A program made the position numbers and the translations under genes. 64,000 nucleotides of DNA from a virus: IMG/VR virus record IMGVR_UViG_3300032401_000002, positions 1-64,000 of that record; one strand, given 5' to 3'. Below are positions 10,621-21,599 of the stretch, piece by piece. Positions within the stretch are counted from its first letter, which is position 1, and the number at the start of each line of letters is the position of its first letter. The notes under the pieces were generated by a model. It worked only from the letters and a program-made list of their open reading frames with translations. It was not told the origin of the DNA and did no database searches.

Positions 10621-11134
10621 CTAGGACAAGGCACCTTCCTCTTTGGGGGTCGGAGACGGCAGCGGGCCAGACATGGTGTAGGCCAACAGGTTCTCACGCA
10701 CGGTAGGGCCAAGTTCATTGTCCTCGCCGCGCTCGTCGCCGTACTCGTCAACTTCCTCGTCACGCTTGCGTCCGAACATCATGCCGCCTTTCGTAGGTCA
10801 CCGTGCTTGCCGCACGGGCCGATGTAGTTGCCGTTGCGGTCAACAACCCGCCACAGACAACGATGGGCCGGACAGTACCTGTCAGGCGTCTGCTCCTTGG
10901 ACTTGGCTACTGCTGCTGCAACTCTCATACGACCACCCTTCCGCCATCGGCCTCGAAGACAGCCCTGGCCGCGTCGTACTTCTCGTTGGCGCGATGCAGC
11001 CGTGCGATTGCGGCAGCGTGCTGCTCGTCAGTCTCGGACGCATTGGCCTGACGCTGCGCGGATTCGTACTCTTTCCGGTACGCTTTCGCTGCGGCGTCGA
11101 GGACAAGCTGACGGGGTGTGTTGACGATAGCCAT
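10621..11134 (-). other. three small hypothetical genes (10621-10782, 10779-10928, 10925-11134)
   Basis: Short ORFs with overlapping stops and starts. Confidence 0.45.
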
Positions 11135-11823
11135 TACGAGAGCCTCCCTGCAAGCTCGGCGAACGTGCGCGGAATCTCGCGTCCCTTGCGATCAGTGTGA
11201 TTGACGGCGATGACCTCGCGGGCCTCCTCGGACAATGCCGCGAAGACCGGATGACCCTTGATGCAGGAGCCATCACAGTAGACGACGTTGCCGATGGGGC
11301 CGTCAGTGGACTCGTGACCCTGACACTCCTCGGCCTCCTCCTTGGGAGCAGCCTCGGCCTTGTAGTGATGCGAGCCGGTGTCCATGTCTGCGCAGTGCGG
11401 GCCGAGACCACGAGCGATGCTCACGGGGTCAGTCAACTCCAGGCCGCAGCGGCCACAGTGGCTGGACTCCTCGATGCGGTAGACGCCGTCGAGATCCTGC
11501 TGGATGCGAGTGGCTGCGCCGAGAATCTGCTGCACGGCGTACTTCCACGCCCTGTCCTCGGTCGTGAAGTAGAGGTTACCCTTCTGCGGATAGAAGGTGC
11601 CGAGCTTGTTGCCCTGGCCACCAGAGATGAAGACGTGAGTCGCATCGGCGAACTCGGAGTTCTGCCAGCGATTGTTGACCTTGACCTTCGAGACGAACTC
11701 CACTGTGATGTGGGTGCCCGTCTTCTCGGAAGTGATGGTCGCCTTGAGCCGACCAGCGGACAGCATTCGACCCATGCGGGTCTCCTGTGTGGGCTTGACT
11801 TCCATCTTGATCGGCTGAGACAT
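11134..11823 (-). CDS. DUF6011-like Zn-finger protein
   Basis: 'CGRCGLELTDPVSIARGLGPHC'. Confidence 0.75.
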   Translation of the reverse strand: MSQPIKMEVKPTQETRMGRMLSAGRLKATITSEKTGTHITVEFVSKVKVNNRWQNSEFADATHVFISGGQGNKLGTFYPQKGNLYFTTEDRAWKYAVQQILGAATRIQQDLDGVYRIEESSHCGRCGLELTDPVSIARGLGPHCADMDTGSHHYKAEAAPKEEAEECQGHESTDGPIGNVVYCDGSCIKGHPVFAALSEEAREVIAVNHTDRKGREIPRTFAELAGRLS

Positions 11824-11848
11824 GTGGCTCCCTCTCTCGGTTTGTACT

Positions 11849-11880
11849 CTAACAGTAGACGAAAGAGGGAGCCTTGTCAA
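11849..11880 (-). promoter_or_regulatory. sigma70-type phage promoter
   Basis: TTGACA-N17-TACTGT-TAG. Confidence 0.75.
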
Positions 11881-11884
11881 CCCC

Positions 11885-12319
11885 CTATCTCTTGTCTGCT
11901 CTTGACTTGTCCCGAAGGGCCTGAGCCTGCTGCCTCTCGGTCATGGGGCCAAGCACGAAACCACGGAGCTTGACCAACTGCTTGGCACGTCGTTCGACCT
12001 GGAGCTTGGTGGGCTTCTTGTCTGCTGCCCAGAACTCGTCCTCGGCCATGCGGCGAGACGCACTCGCGAACGCAGCCGGGACGACCACTAGCTCTTCCGT
12101 CTGGGTCAGCATCCCCATAGTCAGCCCCAGCCCCAGACAGATCTTGTCTGCCGTGTCGAGGCCGACGTACTGATAGTTCTGATCGACCAGAATGCGCTTC
12201 AGGTCGGCTGACGTTCTCCCGATGCGGTCGGCGAAGACATCCAGGGGCGTGCCCTTGGAGTGTCGAGCGAAGACCTCACCTAGCTGACGGGTAGAGACTC
12301 CCGTGTAGTCTGTTGCCAT
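11885..12319 (-). CDS. putative HTH DNA-binding protein
   Basis: 'FADRIGRTSADLKRIL..VGLDTADKICLGLG' XRE-like. Confidence 0.55.
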   Translation of the reverse strand: MATDYTGVSTRQLGEVFARHSKGTPLDVFADRIGRTSADLKRILVDQNYQYVGLDTADKICLGLGLTMGMLTQTEELVVVPAAFASASRRMAEDEFWAADKKPTKLQVERRAKQLVKLRGFVLGPMTERQQAQALRDKSRADKR

Positions 12320-12341
12320 TGCTATCCCTTCGTTGATTGCA

Positions 12342-12575
12342 CTAGAAGACCTTGCGGAGTGCGGAGAGTGCTCGACCAAGCGGCGACTCCATGCGCCGAA
12401 TGATCGCCTCGCTGTCGTAGTACGCGGGAGTGTTGCGCTGGTTGCGGTCGATGGAATGACGCACAGACATCACGAGCGCAATCGACAAATCGACGGCGTC
12501 CTTCTGGGTCACTCTGTGCCCCCAGAGCGTGATGTGTCCGTCCGCGTCCACGACAACATCGCTGGCTACCGACAC
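12342..12575 (-). CDS. hypothetical protein
   Basis: ORF with AGGAGG RBS downstream of a promoter. Confidence 0.6.
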   Translation of the reverse strand: MSVASDVVVDADGHITLWGHRVTQKDAVDLSIALVMSVRHSIDRNQRNTPAYYDSEAIIRRMESPLGRALSALRKVF

Positions 12576-12607
12576 TTGTACCTCCTGTGGGTTGATAGTC
12601 TCACTCC

Positions 12608-12639
12608 CTAAGAGTACACGAGACTGGCGCTTCTGTCAA
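12608..12639 (-). promoter_or_regulatory. sigma70-type phage promoter
   Basis: TTGACA-N17-TACTCT-TAG. Confidence 0.75.
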
Positions 12640-12640
12640 C

Positions 12641-13990
12641 CTACCGCTTGAAGCGATTACGCACTGCGTTCGGCATAGGCCGCACGTCGGCATAGTCTAC
12701 CCAGCCCTTGAGGCTGTGGGGATGCAGCCGGACATCTCCACCATCGGGGTAGTCGAGCGAGACAACGATGTAGACCATCTTGAGGTTGGGGTCGAAGTCA
12801 ATGACCTCAGCCCTCTTACCGGCCGGAACGTCACTGTAGGTGCTCTGCTGCTCGGGCGCACCCTGGAGGACATTCACGTCTGAGTTCTCGCGATTCTGGG
12901 TGGCGGGGTTGTACCCTAGATCCATGACTCGATACATGGGGATACCCTCGCTCGTCGTGCCATAAGGCTGAGCACCCGGCACGGGGATCTTGCCACCACT
13001 GCGCTCCAACAGCACGGGCTTGAGCATCGCCACGACGATGGGCTGATGGGCTGCACGACACTGCTCGAAGTAGTCAGTCAAGGTGTCTGAAGCATACACG
13101 AACTCGTTGGAGTACATGACGAAGGTGGGGATGAAGTGTGAGAACGTGCCCGGTAGCTGTACGGGGTTTCCGGGTGTCGGGGGTCGCCCACCAGGAACTG
13201 ACACTGCCGGTGCTGCCGGGGTAGGCTGCATGCCCGGAGGGGCTGAGATGTCGAACAAGTGCATCTGCTCCTTCTGGGGCGGCATGACCGGACTCGTCTG
13301 AGGCTGTGTCGAGAACGGAGACTGAGGCTGACCAGGTAGAGCGATGTCCTTGTTGGACGGGAGTGGGCCACTCGGGGTGCTGACCGGGATGGGCGCTTGA
13401 GCGGGCTGAGTTGTGTCAGGCGGCGTCTCGGGTTGTTCGGGAGCTTGGAACTCGGGGCCGGTCGGGGCCGGGACGTTAGTCGGAGGCTCCTCGTTGGGCG
13501 CGATCTGGGTCGGGCCGAGACCGGGGAACTGCTGCTGGCCGGGGCCTGCGTCTGTGGCCTGACCGCCCGGCACCGGATAGTCAGGGGCCTGGTCTTGCAT
13601 GTCCATAGGCGTGGACTTGGCCTTCCAGAAGGTGGCCAACACATGCGAACACACTCGACCCTCTAGCTTCTTCCACTTGCGCGTGCGGTCGAAGGCGAAT
13701 GATGCCCACGGGCACTCACAATTCCACTGCTCGATGACCTGGCTCGTGGGATCATGCCTGCTGATCTCACAGTTGTACTGGCCATGATCGCCAACGACAT
13801 GGGACATGACGTGAGTGGGTGAGTTGCGCAAGATAGTCACACTACCCTGCTGCACGAGACGCTTGGCTTTAGCTGCCACGTCAGACCATGCGGCCTGGTG
13901 CTGCATAGCTGCCACGAACTCGAACGGCATCCGTACCTCGGGGAGGATCGCGGCCTTGACGTACTCAACCCAATCAATGGAAGTGTCCAT
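12641..13990 (-). CDS. SWIM Zn-finger protein with Pro/Gln-rich linker
   Basis: CxC...CxH ('CECPW..RVCSH'); long P/Q-rich middle. Confidence 0.7.
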   Translation of the reverse strand: MDTSIDWVEYVKAAILPEVRMPFEFVAAMQHQAAWSDVAAKAKRLVQQGSVTILRNSPTHVMSHVVGDHGQYNCEISRHDPTSQVIEQWNCECPWASFAFDRTRKWKKLEGRVCSHVLATFWKAKSTPMDMQDQAPDYPVPGGQATDAGPGQQQFPGLGPTQIAPNEEPPTNVPAPTGPEFQAPEQPETPPDTTQPAQAPIPVSTPSGPLPSNKDIALPGQPQSPFSTQPQTSPVMPPQKEQMHLFDISAPPGMQPTPAAPAVSVPGGRPPTPGNPVQLPGTFSHFIPTFVMYSNEFVYASDTLTDYFEQCRAAHQPIVVAMLKPVLLERSGGKIPVPGAQPYGTTSEGIPMYRVMDLGYNPATQNRENSDVNVLQGAPEQQSTYSDVPAGKRAEVIDFDPNLKMVYIVVSLDYPDGGDVRLHPHSLKGWVDYADVRPMPNAVRNRFKR

Positions 13991-14193
13991 AGAAGATCAC
14001 CCCCGTCTCGATGTTGCGCCACTGAGTCATCACCTTATCGCAAGTGAAGTGCCCACACACAGCCGTCTTGCCAGTCTTCTCATGACGACTGGCCCACTCT
14101 TCGCGAGCGATCCGATTCTTCTCAACTTGCTCGGGGTGATGCACCGGGCACGGATAAGTTCGCGAGCCATTACCATCGAACTCACAGGTGCAG

Positions 14194-17100
14194 CTAAGCA
14201 ATGTGCTCACCGATGGCTTCCGCGATGTGAGGGAACAACCCAGCGTTCGCCAACGTCTTGTAGACGATGTTGGACTCTGAGTAGTCGCCCTTGCCCTCGC
14301 GCATGTCACGGAATCTCTTCATGTGCAACAGATCCCAATAGATCTTGAGGGCCGGTGCGTTGTCGAAGCGGAGAAGCAGGCGCACCTTCTCCTCGCAATC
14401 CTTAGCGTAGCGAACGACAGCCGGGTACGTCTTATACACGTCGATGGTGCGCTGCCTCTCAGGCAGCACGATCCACTCGTCGTTGTCAAGATCGTAACCA
14501 CTGCGCAAGCCAGGCTTATAGAGATCATCAGGTTGAAATCTGTTTGTATCAACCACGAAGACCTGCAAGGGGTGTGTAGTGCCAGGGACAATGATCCCTT
14601 CGGCCTTCTCGATCATGAGGGCCACGAGATCTGATCTAACCCACTCGGGAAAGTTGTCCGTGTCGATCCAGAGACTGACATCAAAGTCACTGTCTGCGCT
14701 CCACTGATACGTCGTAAGACTACCCGTCAACACGAGCTTGAGGTACTTCTTGGGATCGGGCCACCCCGCTTCGGTCAAGATCTTGTAGACCTTGTTCTTC
14801 ACCCAAGCAACGTGCGTTGACTTGACAGTCGGAGAGGGCGAGTCTGCGTTCGTGAAGACAGCCGGATCTAGCTCCTCCTGGATGGGATCGAGGATGTTGG
14901 CATGCTTCTGCGGGATCGACTCGGGAGGAGTGCTCTGGGCGATCTGGAGCAACTGATCCTTGGTGTTCAGGGTCGGATCTTCGAGCACAAGCTCCACCAT
15001 GTGATTCAGAAGCGCACCCATCTGCGGGCCGGGCTTGAACCCCGCCGCGATCAGGTCACCACCGTTGATAGCCAGCATCTTGGTGTTGGTGGGTTCGCCA
15101 GCTTCACGCACGCCTTGGACAAGCTGCTGCATGCGAGGAACGTTACCATCCCATGCGGCACCCTTGCCACCCGAATCAGCCCAGCGCAGGTTCAGAAGAT
15201 CATCCGCGTGCTCGTCACCGACACGATTGATGAACTTGCGTGCGCCATTGGGTGCCTGGAAGGGCGGGAACATGTGCCATCTGACAAGGTGCTCGATGCG
15301 CTGAATGCGATCCACGGGAAACTTGAGTTCGGTCAACAGACGCTGCGTCATCTCGGCACCCAACTTCTCGTGATCTTGCCCCTCACCGTGCTCGTTCTCG
15401 TAGTAGTGGCCCCACCCCTCATCATCAAACCACTGACTACCGGGCTTCCCGATGTCGTGCAGAAGCGCAGCCCAGCGTACGTCCACGTCATCGGTCACCT
15501 GAGCCGTAAGGCGCAAGACCTCCTTGATGTGATCGTTGAGGAGCAGGCTGTGGTGCTTGTTCTTCTGATCGAAGCCAACCGTGTTGGCCACATCAGGCAG
15601 AACGTGCTCAAGGATGCCAGTGGTCTCCATGAGATCAACAGCCTTGGCGGGATCTGCACCACTCATGAGCTTGTCTAGCTCCATCATGACACGCTCACGA
15701 GGAAGCTCACTCAGGCTAGGAGCATGAGCGGCCATGTCGTGGTAGGTTTGTGGCGAAGGGTCAAGTCCATGGCGACTAACCGACGATAGCCCTCTAAGGA
15801 TGCGGAGAGGGTCTTCAGGGAAGGATCGGTCGGAGACAGTGTTGAGCAGTCCAGCTTTGAGATCCTCTGATCCACGGTAAGGGTCAACAAGGTCGCCGGT
15901 GGAGAGATTGACAGCCATTGCGTTGCCAGTAAAGTCCCGTCGTGCCAGATCCTGACCAACGCTAATGTAGGGGTCGGTGTAGACCTCAAAGTCCTTGTGT
16001 CCAGGCCCAGTGGATCGCTCAGTCCTCGGCATAGCGATCTCAACCTCGTTCCCCTCGGGATCGCGGTAGCGGAATACCCCGAACTGCTTACCCGTGTAGT
16101 CCACCCGACCGGGAAGAGCCTCCAGAGCTTCTTGAACGTCATCTTCGTCAACTCCTTGTACCATCAGGTCAACGTCCTTGGGTACCTTCCCCAGAACGAT
16201 GTCGCGTACGACACCACCCACCGCATAGACATTGCCCATGGGTTCGAGTGCCTGGAATGCCGCCCAAGCTGCCGGGTCGGTTGCTGCGATGTTGCGCACC
16301 TTGTGTCCGATGTTCGCCGATGCCAGCTTGTACTTCTCGTCGCCTACCATCAGAGTGATCGACTTGATGACTAACTCGGGATGCATTGCGTACCACAACT
16401 CGGCCATGTGTCGGACTGTGTAGGGCATGTCTGTGTTGGTGCGGATCTGAACATTGCCCTTGGGGTCATACAGCCCTTCCACGATGCCGCCCGGCGTGAA
16501 GCGCCCCTGGATGTCAGAGTGACGCTCGCCAGGATGGCCAACGTAGATGCGATCAGTCTCGATGTCAAAGATGTACGGGATGGGGCCAGCCAGCATCGGA
16601 GGCTGTGGCTTCGCTGCTGTCATCTGGAAGATTAGTCTCCCCTGCCTCTGCACGGTCTTGTCCATGATGTTCTCGTTGAAGTTGGCAGGCAGAACGTCGT
16701 CCATATCGACAACGGGTTGCGGATCAGTGGGGGGCTTTCTGTCAGGGTTGATGTGGAAACGCAGGGTGTGCTTGCGCCAGTCGTCGTAGTTGATGCATGC
16801 AGCCCCGCAGTCAGAGCACGTACGCGGAGCCGTCATCGGCATCTCGTCATCGGGGTCATTCATGTAGAAGGGCTTAGGACTCTGGGGATAGCCAGGGTTG
16901 TCGAACTGATCGGTGCCCGACCACTCATCCAGCTTGTAGTTGAGCAGACCGGGGTTGATCTCGCCGATGCCCTCGACAGAAGCCTGCTTGAGTGCCGTGC
17001 TCCCGTAGGGCATGCCCTCTTGATCCAACAGTCCGCCCCAGTCCCACCCTTGATCCTTCGTGTAGCGCTTGAGGCGCTTCTCGACCAAGTGGAGGGAGAT

Positions 17101-17391
17101 GTTGCTGTGCTTGATCGACCAGAACGCAGTCCATCGGAAGTGTAGCTCCAACTCGCCGAAGGCATGAGGGCGACTACCATCGTTCCACCCCATGGCCTTG
17201 AACTGATCTACGTGATGGTCATTGGACACACTCACATGCGTGCCACTCATGGCCCAGTTGTACTCGTCAGCAGGACGATCCAGAGGCGCGACAGAGTAAT
17301 CCTGACGGATCTGTGCCGCTTCGGCAGCGGCTTGTGGCTCCTCGCCCGGATAGGCGTCAGAACCGAGTAGGTCGGCAGACTTCTGCATCAC
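14194..17391 (-). CDS. multidomain protein: C2H2 finger + class II CCA tRNA nucleotidyltransferase + HD domain + second Pol-beta-type nucleotidyltransferase
   Basis: VGGVVRD..DVD, RRDFTGNAMA, EDPLRILR, LLHDIGKP, INGGDLI..GP; C-terminal 'LTGSLTTYQWSADSDFDV'. Confidence 0.9.
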   Translation of the reverse strand: MMQKSADLLGSDAYPGEEPQAAAEAAQIRQDYSVAPLDRPADEYNWAMSGTHVSVSNDHHVDQFKAMGWNDGSRPHAFGELELHFRWTAFWSIKHSNISLHLVEKRLKRYTKDQGWDWGGLLDQEGMPYGSTALKQASVEGIGEINPGLLNYKLDEWSGTDQFDNPGYPQSPKPFYMNDPDDEMPMTAPRTCSDCGAACINYDDWRKHTLRFHINPDRKPPTDPQPVVDMDDVLPANFNENIMDKTVQRQGRLIFQMTAAKPQPPMLAGPIPYIFDIETDRIYVGHPGERHSDIQGRFTPGGIVEGLYDPKGNVQIRTNTDMPYTVRHMAELWYAMHPELVIKSITLMVGDEKYKLASANIGHKVRNIAATDPAAWAAFQALEPMGNVYAVGGVVRDIVLGKVPKDVDLMVQGVDEDDVQEALEALPGRVDYTGKQFGVFRYRDPEGNEVEIAMPRTERSTGPGHKDFEVYTDPYISVGQDLARRDFTGNAMAVNLSTGDLVDPYRGSEDLKAGLLNTVSDRSFPEDPLRILRGLSSVSRHGLDPSPQTYHDMAAHAPSLSELPRERVMMELDKLMSGADPAKAVDLMETTGILEHVLPDVANTVGFDQKNKHHSLLLNDHIKEVLRLTAQVTDDVDVRWAALLHDIGKPGSQWFDDEGWGHYYENEHGEGQDHEKLGAEMTQRLLTELKFPVDRIQRIEHLVRWHMFPPFQAPNGARKFINRVGDEHADDLLNLRWADSGGKGAAWDGNVPRMQQLVQGVREAGEPTNTKMLAINGGDLIAAGFKPGPQMGALLNHMVELVLEDPTLNTKDQLLQIAQSTPPESIPQKHANILDPIQEELDPAVFTNADSPSPTVKSTHVAWVKNKVYKILTEAGWPDPKKYLKLVLTGSLTTYQWSADSDFDVSLWIDTDNFPEWVRSDLVALMIEKAEGIIVPGTTHPLQVFVVDTNRFQPDDLYKPGLRSGYDLDNDEWIVLPERQRTIDVYKTYPAVVRYAKDCEEKVRLLLRFDNAPALKIYWDLLHMKRFRDMREGKGDYSESNIVYKTLANAGLFPHIAEAIGEHIA

Positions 17392-17408
17392 GTATTAAGT
17401 GGCCGCTA

Positions 17409-19770
17409 TCAGAGGTCTGAAAGCAACCTGCCCCTCTTCCCTGGAGTGTAGGTCTTCATGTACTCACGCATATAAGCGTTGTACTCCTCACGAGTCCTCT
17501 TAGGCTTTGCCGACAGTCGCTTGATAGCGCGACACTCTTTGCAATACGCCTGAAGATACCCCTGACTCGTGAGCGGCTCGAACTCAGACAGCCAGAAATC
17601 TCCCTTACAGCTTGGGCACTTCTTGAACTCAGGTGTTGAGGGAGTGCTTGTAGAGGTTTCCATCACAGGGCATCTTTGCTTTGCCCTTAACTGTATCACA
17701 CACGTAGATAGGGGCCATGGTAAGATTGGTCGCCTGCTTGAGGAGCTTCATTGGCTCGCCGCAGATGGAACACGTCCTCGGAGTGGCTTCTTGCTCGTCA
17801 GCCTGCATCAAACACCTTCAGATTCGACTCGTTGATGTAGACCGTCTGAGCCGGTGGCTTCTCATCGGTCTTCATGGATACACGAGATGGAGACCCACCA
17901 GCGCCCTCGACACGTCCAGTTCCGAACGAGTAGACTCTAGTCCACTTGCCGGGCAAAGACGGAGGGACGCTCCAGTGATCGTGCTCGACCACTTCACCCT
18001 CCTTGTTCTTCCATTCGTACATCATGTCGCGTACTTCTCCAGGTAGGAACGGATGACGCGGTAGGTGTTCTCCGCATCCTTGAGGACTGCCCTCATCTTG
18101 GGTGCCATCTTGGGGCCAAGCTCGCGCTCTAGATCCTGAAGGTCGTTCAAGACCTTGAGGGAGTTGCGCTGAACCTGGAACAAGTCATCCTGCTCGGGGA
18201 TGAGCCTCGGTGCCTTGATCTTGGGGCTAGGTGCCTTGATGTCAGGCGTCGGCGGGTTGAAGTAGTCGATGTTCCAGAGGTCGCTCATGCATCCCCTGCC
18301 GCCTCGGATGCGGTCAGCCTGCGTCCTGACTGTCGCTTCACCTTCGGCTCGCCGAATGCGGAGTCTGGGAGAATTGCATCCACCAGTACCTCCTCAGGTG
18401 CCTCTGTAAGCTCCTCAGAGCCATCCTCAGCCTCATCGAGGTCATCCTGGGCATCTAGGTCATCCTCGTCGTCGTAGAGCGCAGAATCGCTCTCATGCTG
18501 TCGTAGGAGGTAGTCACCGAAGACGCCATCGAGGCGCTTCTTGACACGGGCTACCTCAAGGGTCAGGGGAGAGTTTCGGGTAGCTGTGAAGTTCAACTGC
18601 GAAACCTCCATATCTCTGGCCTGGAAGTACGTCAGGCATGCTTCGAGAACGAAGCGCGCGTCCTCAAGGTCTGATGCCAGAATGGTTGTCTCGTCAATGC
18701 TCACTGCTATCACCTGTTTCTATCGCTCGTTGAATGGTGCTCTCGCTCGGAGCGAGAACGGAAACTGCTTGTACATCATCGGTCACGATGACAATCTTGT
18801 TGAACATCCGATCAGAGAAGACCATGCGATGAGCAGCCTTGTTGTCCATCAGAGCCAGCACCGTGTTGACGCAAATGCTCTGGAAGTCCGAAAGCTCTTC
18901 GCCAGCGTCGAGCATGTCGGCGTTGAACTGAAACGTGGCTGGCACCTGGATAGGATCGTCTCGACCCCTCAGGTAGAACTCGTACGTGGCATCGACAATG
19001 ATCGTGCCGTCATACGATTCCCTCTTCTCGTCTCTCATCATCGGTTGCGCTTCCTCGCCTTCTTCGCATTCTTCTTCTTGGCCTTGACCTTGACCCACTG
19101 GCGCTCGCGTGCTTCCTGCTCTTTAAGTGCCTGAACTGCGGCACTATACGGGATGACCTTCATCGGAATCCCAGCCACCTGGCACGCCGCATACTCCTTG
19201 TCAGTCCTGACAACGGTCTTCTTGTCCATCCTCAGGTAGTAGTTCTGATCCTTGGGGTCGCTATCGAGCGCCATGCGCTTGCGAGCTTCAGCTTCAAGCT
19301 CGGTCATAGCGGCAGCGGCCTGCTCGTCCATGAAGGCCATACCAGAAGCGATGTCGTTGAATGCCTGAGGCGCGTCGGGGTTAACGTACTCCTCGATGTC
19401 CTCCATGTTCATGATGCCGAAATCAGTCATCGCTCAGGGGCCTCCCCCATGGATCGCAGAACCAGACGGGTGTGCGGCATACGCCACACTCGAACAAGTT
19501 GACGGGTCTCCCTGCTCGTTTCATGAGAGGGTCATCATCGATGTATTGCTCGATGTAGGCCAATGGATGAGTACATCCGGTCACATCCATCTCCCCTCGT
19601 TCGGCCATGCCCGTGAACTTGCTGCGCAGAGCGAACGCTTCGGGATTGTGGATGTACTTGACCGTCGAATCTCCAGGCTTCAGGGACGCGATGAACTCAG
19701 CGTTATCCTTCGCTCGTTGGCCTTCAACACGCGCAGCCTCGATCCGCTGCTCCACTGAGTCTTTATCCAT
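17409..19770 (-). other. cluster of small hypothetical genes (17409-17699, 17629-17811, 17798-18025, 18022-18288, 18285-18713, 18694-19041, 19038-19430, 19423-19770)
   Basis: Consecutive overlapping minus-strand ORFs, several with Zn-ribbon Cys pairs. Confidence 0.55.
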
Positions 19771-20338
19771 GCTTACCTATTCGGACGATTCGAGCAAACT
19801 CTTGAAGGTCGAGCACCCATTCGTGGCCCGTAGTAGACACCAGTCCACCCTTGCGGCTAACGTAGGCGGGGTCGAATGTGGGCGTAACGCGCAACGTTGT
19901 GCCGAACCTCAGCACGTACATGGGAAGCCCTCTAACATCATCAATCTTGAACGACATGCCGGTGACGAACTTGAAGGGAACAGATCCCAGAGTTAGAATA
20001 ACACGAGGGTCTCCACTCGTGATCTCATGCTCCAAGTGCATACCGCATCTCCAGCATTCGTAAGCTGATGGCTTTCGATTGCCAGAGGCGACATCAGTCG
20101 GACGACGCTTGAGAACATTGGTGAAGTAGATGTCATCCATATCCAGGCCGATATCCTCCAAGAGGTTCCTGACCAGGAGTCCGTGCTCGCCAGAGAACGC
20201 TACGCCCGACTCAGACTCGTACTTGCCGGGTGCCGTGCCAACGACCCAGAAGGGTGCCCACGGGTTACCGTACCCTACGACGTAGGGCTTGTCCAGAAGA
20301 GGACAATCGACACACGCGAACTCGTCATCTACACCCAT
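19763..20338 (-). CDS. uracil-DNA glycosylase family 4-like protein (divergent motifs)
   Basis: CxxCPL, GTAPG..E, FSG..G, YFTNVLKRRP, TFDPAY. Confidence 0.82.
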   Translation of the reverse strand: MGVDDEFACVDCPLLDKPYVVGYGNPWAPFWVVGTAPGKYESESGVAFSGEHGLLVRNLLEDIGLDMDDIYFTNVLKRRPTDVASGNRKPSAYECWRCGMHLEHEITSGDPRVILTLGSVPFKFVTGMSFKIDDVRGLPMYVLRFGTTLRVTPTFDPAYVSRKGGLVSTTGHEWVLDLQEFARIVRIGKHG

Positions 20339-20889
20339 GTCTCGATATCGAGTCCTGATGCGTGGACGAGCTTCTTGAACCTGCGCTCGAAGTACGGGCC
20401 TGACTTGAGTGGGTCGAGAAATCCCTTGGCGTGCTTGAGGTACTTGCGAGTAGCCACACCAGCGGCCTCGTCGTAAGTGTCGCCCCACTGGGTCTCAGCA
20501 CCAGGGTGCTTGAGAATGTGAGCTTCGGCGATGAGAGTCTTGTGGTCTGCCTCATCGATCTGCTCCTGGATGTCGTCCGGGATCGGCCAAGGCAGTCCGT
20601 TGGCCAGATAGATGTTGCGCAAGAGGACAGCCTCGCGGTTGCGTGCGACCTGAGTCTTGAAGGGAGTCGGCACGTCCGATACCAGGCACTCCTGAGCATC
20701 ATGCATGAGTCCGTAGATCGCGATCTCGGAGGGCATGATGTCAGACACTGCCAGTGAGTGACACAGCACCGTGTAGTACCGCTGCGTATGCCCACAGAAG
20801 CGAACGATACGCCCCAGGCTGACACCAATCGTGTTGATCGACGGAGACCCCGCCTGGAGCGTCACACGCTCGCGGTTGTAGGTGATCAT
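20329..20889 (-). CDS. HD-domain (YfbR-like) nucleotide phosphohydrolase
   Basis: 'RFCGHT..YTVLCHS..LMHDAQE..SDVPTPFK..AD'. Confidence 0.85.
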   Translation of the reverse strand: MITYNRERVTLQAGSPSINTIGVSLGRIVRFCGHTQRYYTVLCHSLAVSDIMPSEIAIYGLMHDAQECLVSDVPTPFKTQVARNREAVLLRNIYLANGLPWPIPDDIQEQIDEADHKTLIAEAHILKHPGAETQWGDTYDEAAGVATRKYLKHAKGFLDPLKSGPYFERRFKKLVHASGLDIETWV

Positions 20890-21599
20890 ACCGTCATCTC
20901 CCACTTGAGAGGAATGAACAATTCCGCTGCGATGAATCGAAGCTGGCGATCCAGAAACTCGAAGTTGTCATCCCGCACGTCGTTCATGATCGTATGCGTG
21001 AACCCCTTCGGCGGCACTTCGGACGGATGAACCTCCATGCCGGTCGCGAAGTTGAAGTACCCGTAACGATCCGGGAGAGCAGGAAGCAAATCGGTCTGAT
21101 CGCGTCCAAGAACCAGACGCTCCACGATCTCAGGCTCATTGCCCGTAAGCACCTGGATGACCTGACCACCACGAGACTTGACTCCCTCGACCTCGTTGTC
21201 GAATCGGACATCAGTCACGTAGTAGAGTGTGTCGGGATCTGTGGCACCACCCAGAGCCTGCTCGACCCAGAAGTTCTGACTGAACACGTCGCGGTGCGAC
21301 TCGGTGCCATACCTCTGTAGTACCTCGCGGAAAGTGAACTCCCTGATGACGTTCGGCTCATCGTACTCGTAGCCGCTGATATTGCCATGTGTCCGACCGA
21401 CCGAGAGATGCACTAGAGCGTCGGGGTCATTCTTCCAGGCGTCGAAGTTCTCCATGTCCACGTCGAACAGCGCCGCGACAGAAGCCTTGAGTTTGTGGGC
21501 GAAGCTGATCTGCTGCGATGGCATGTCCACCATGTTTGCGAAGCGCTTGCCCGCCGTATCTTTCCCGGCACTCAGCGCTCCTCCGAATCCGATGATCAT
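20886..21599 (-). CDS. deoxynucleoside monophosphate kinase
   Basis: 'IIGFGGALSAGKDT..FAHKLK..REVLQRYGTE..VTDVRFDNE'. Confidence 0.9.
   Translation of the reverse strand: MIIGFGGALSAGKDTAGKRFANMVDMPSQQISFAHKLKASVAALFDVDMENFDAWKNDPDALVHLSVGRTHGNISGYEYDEPNVIREFTFREVLQRYGTESHRDVFSQNFWVEQALGGATDPDTLYYVTDVRFDNEVEGVKSRGGQVIQVLTGNEPEIVERLVLGRDQTDLLPALPDRYGYFNFATGMEVHPSEVPPKGFTHTIMNDVRDDNFEFLDRQLRFIAAELFIPLKWEMTV

Noticed and set aside
20329-20889. Z-genome (2-aminoadenine) pathway from the HD hydrolase plus MazG
   Set aside because: No PurZ/PurA-like gene is present in the window
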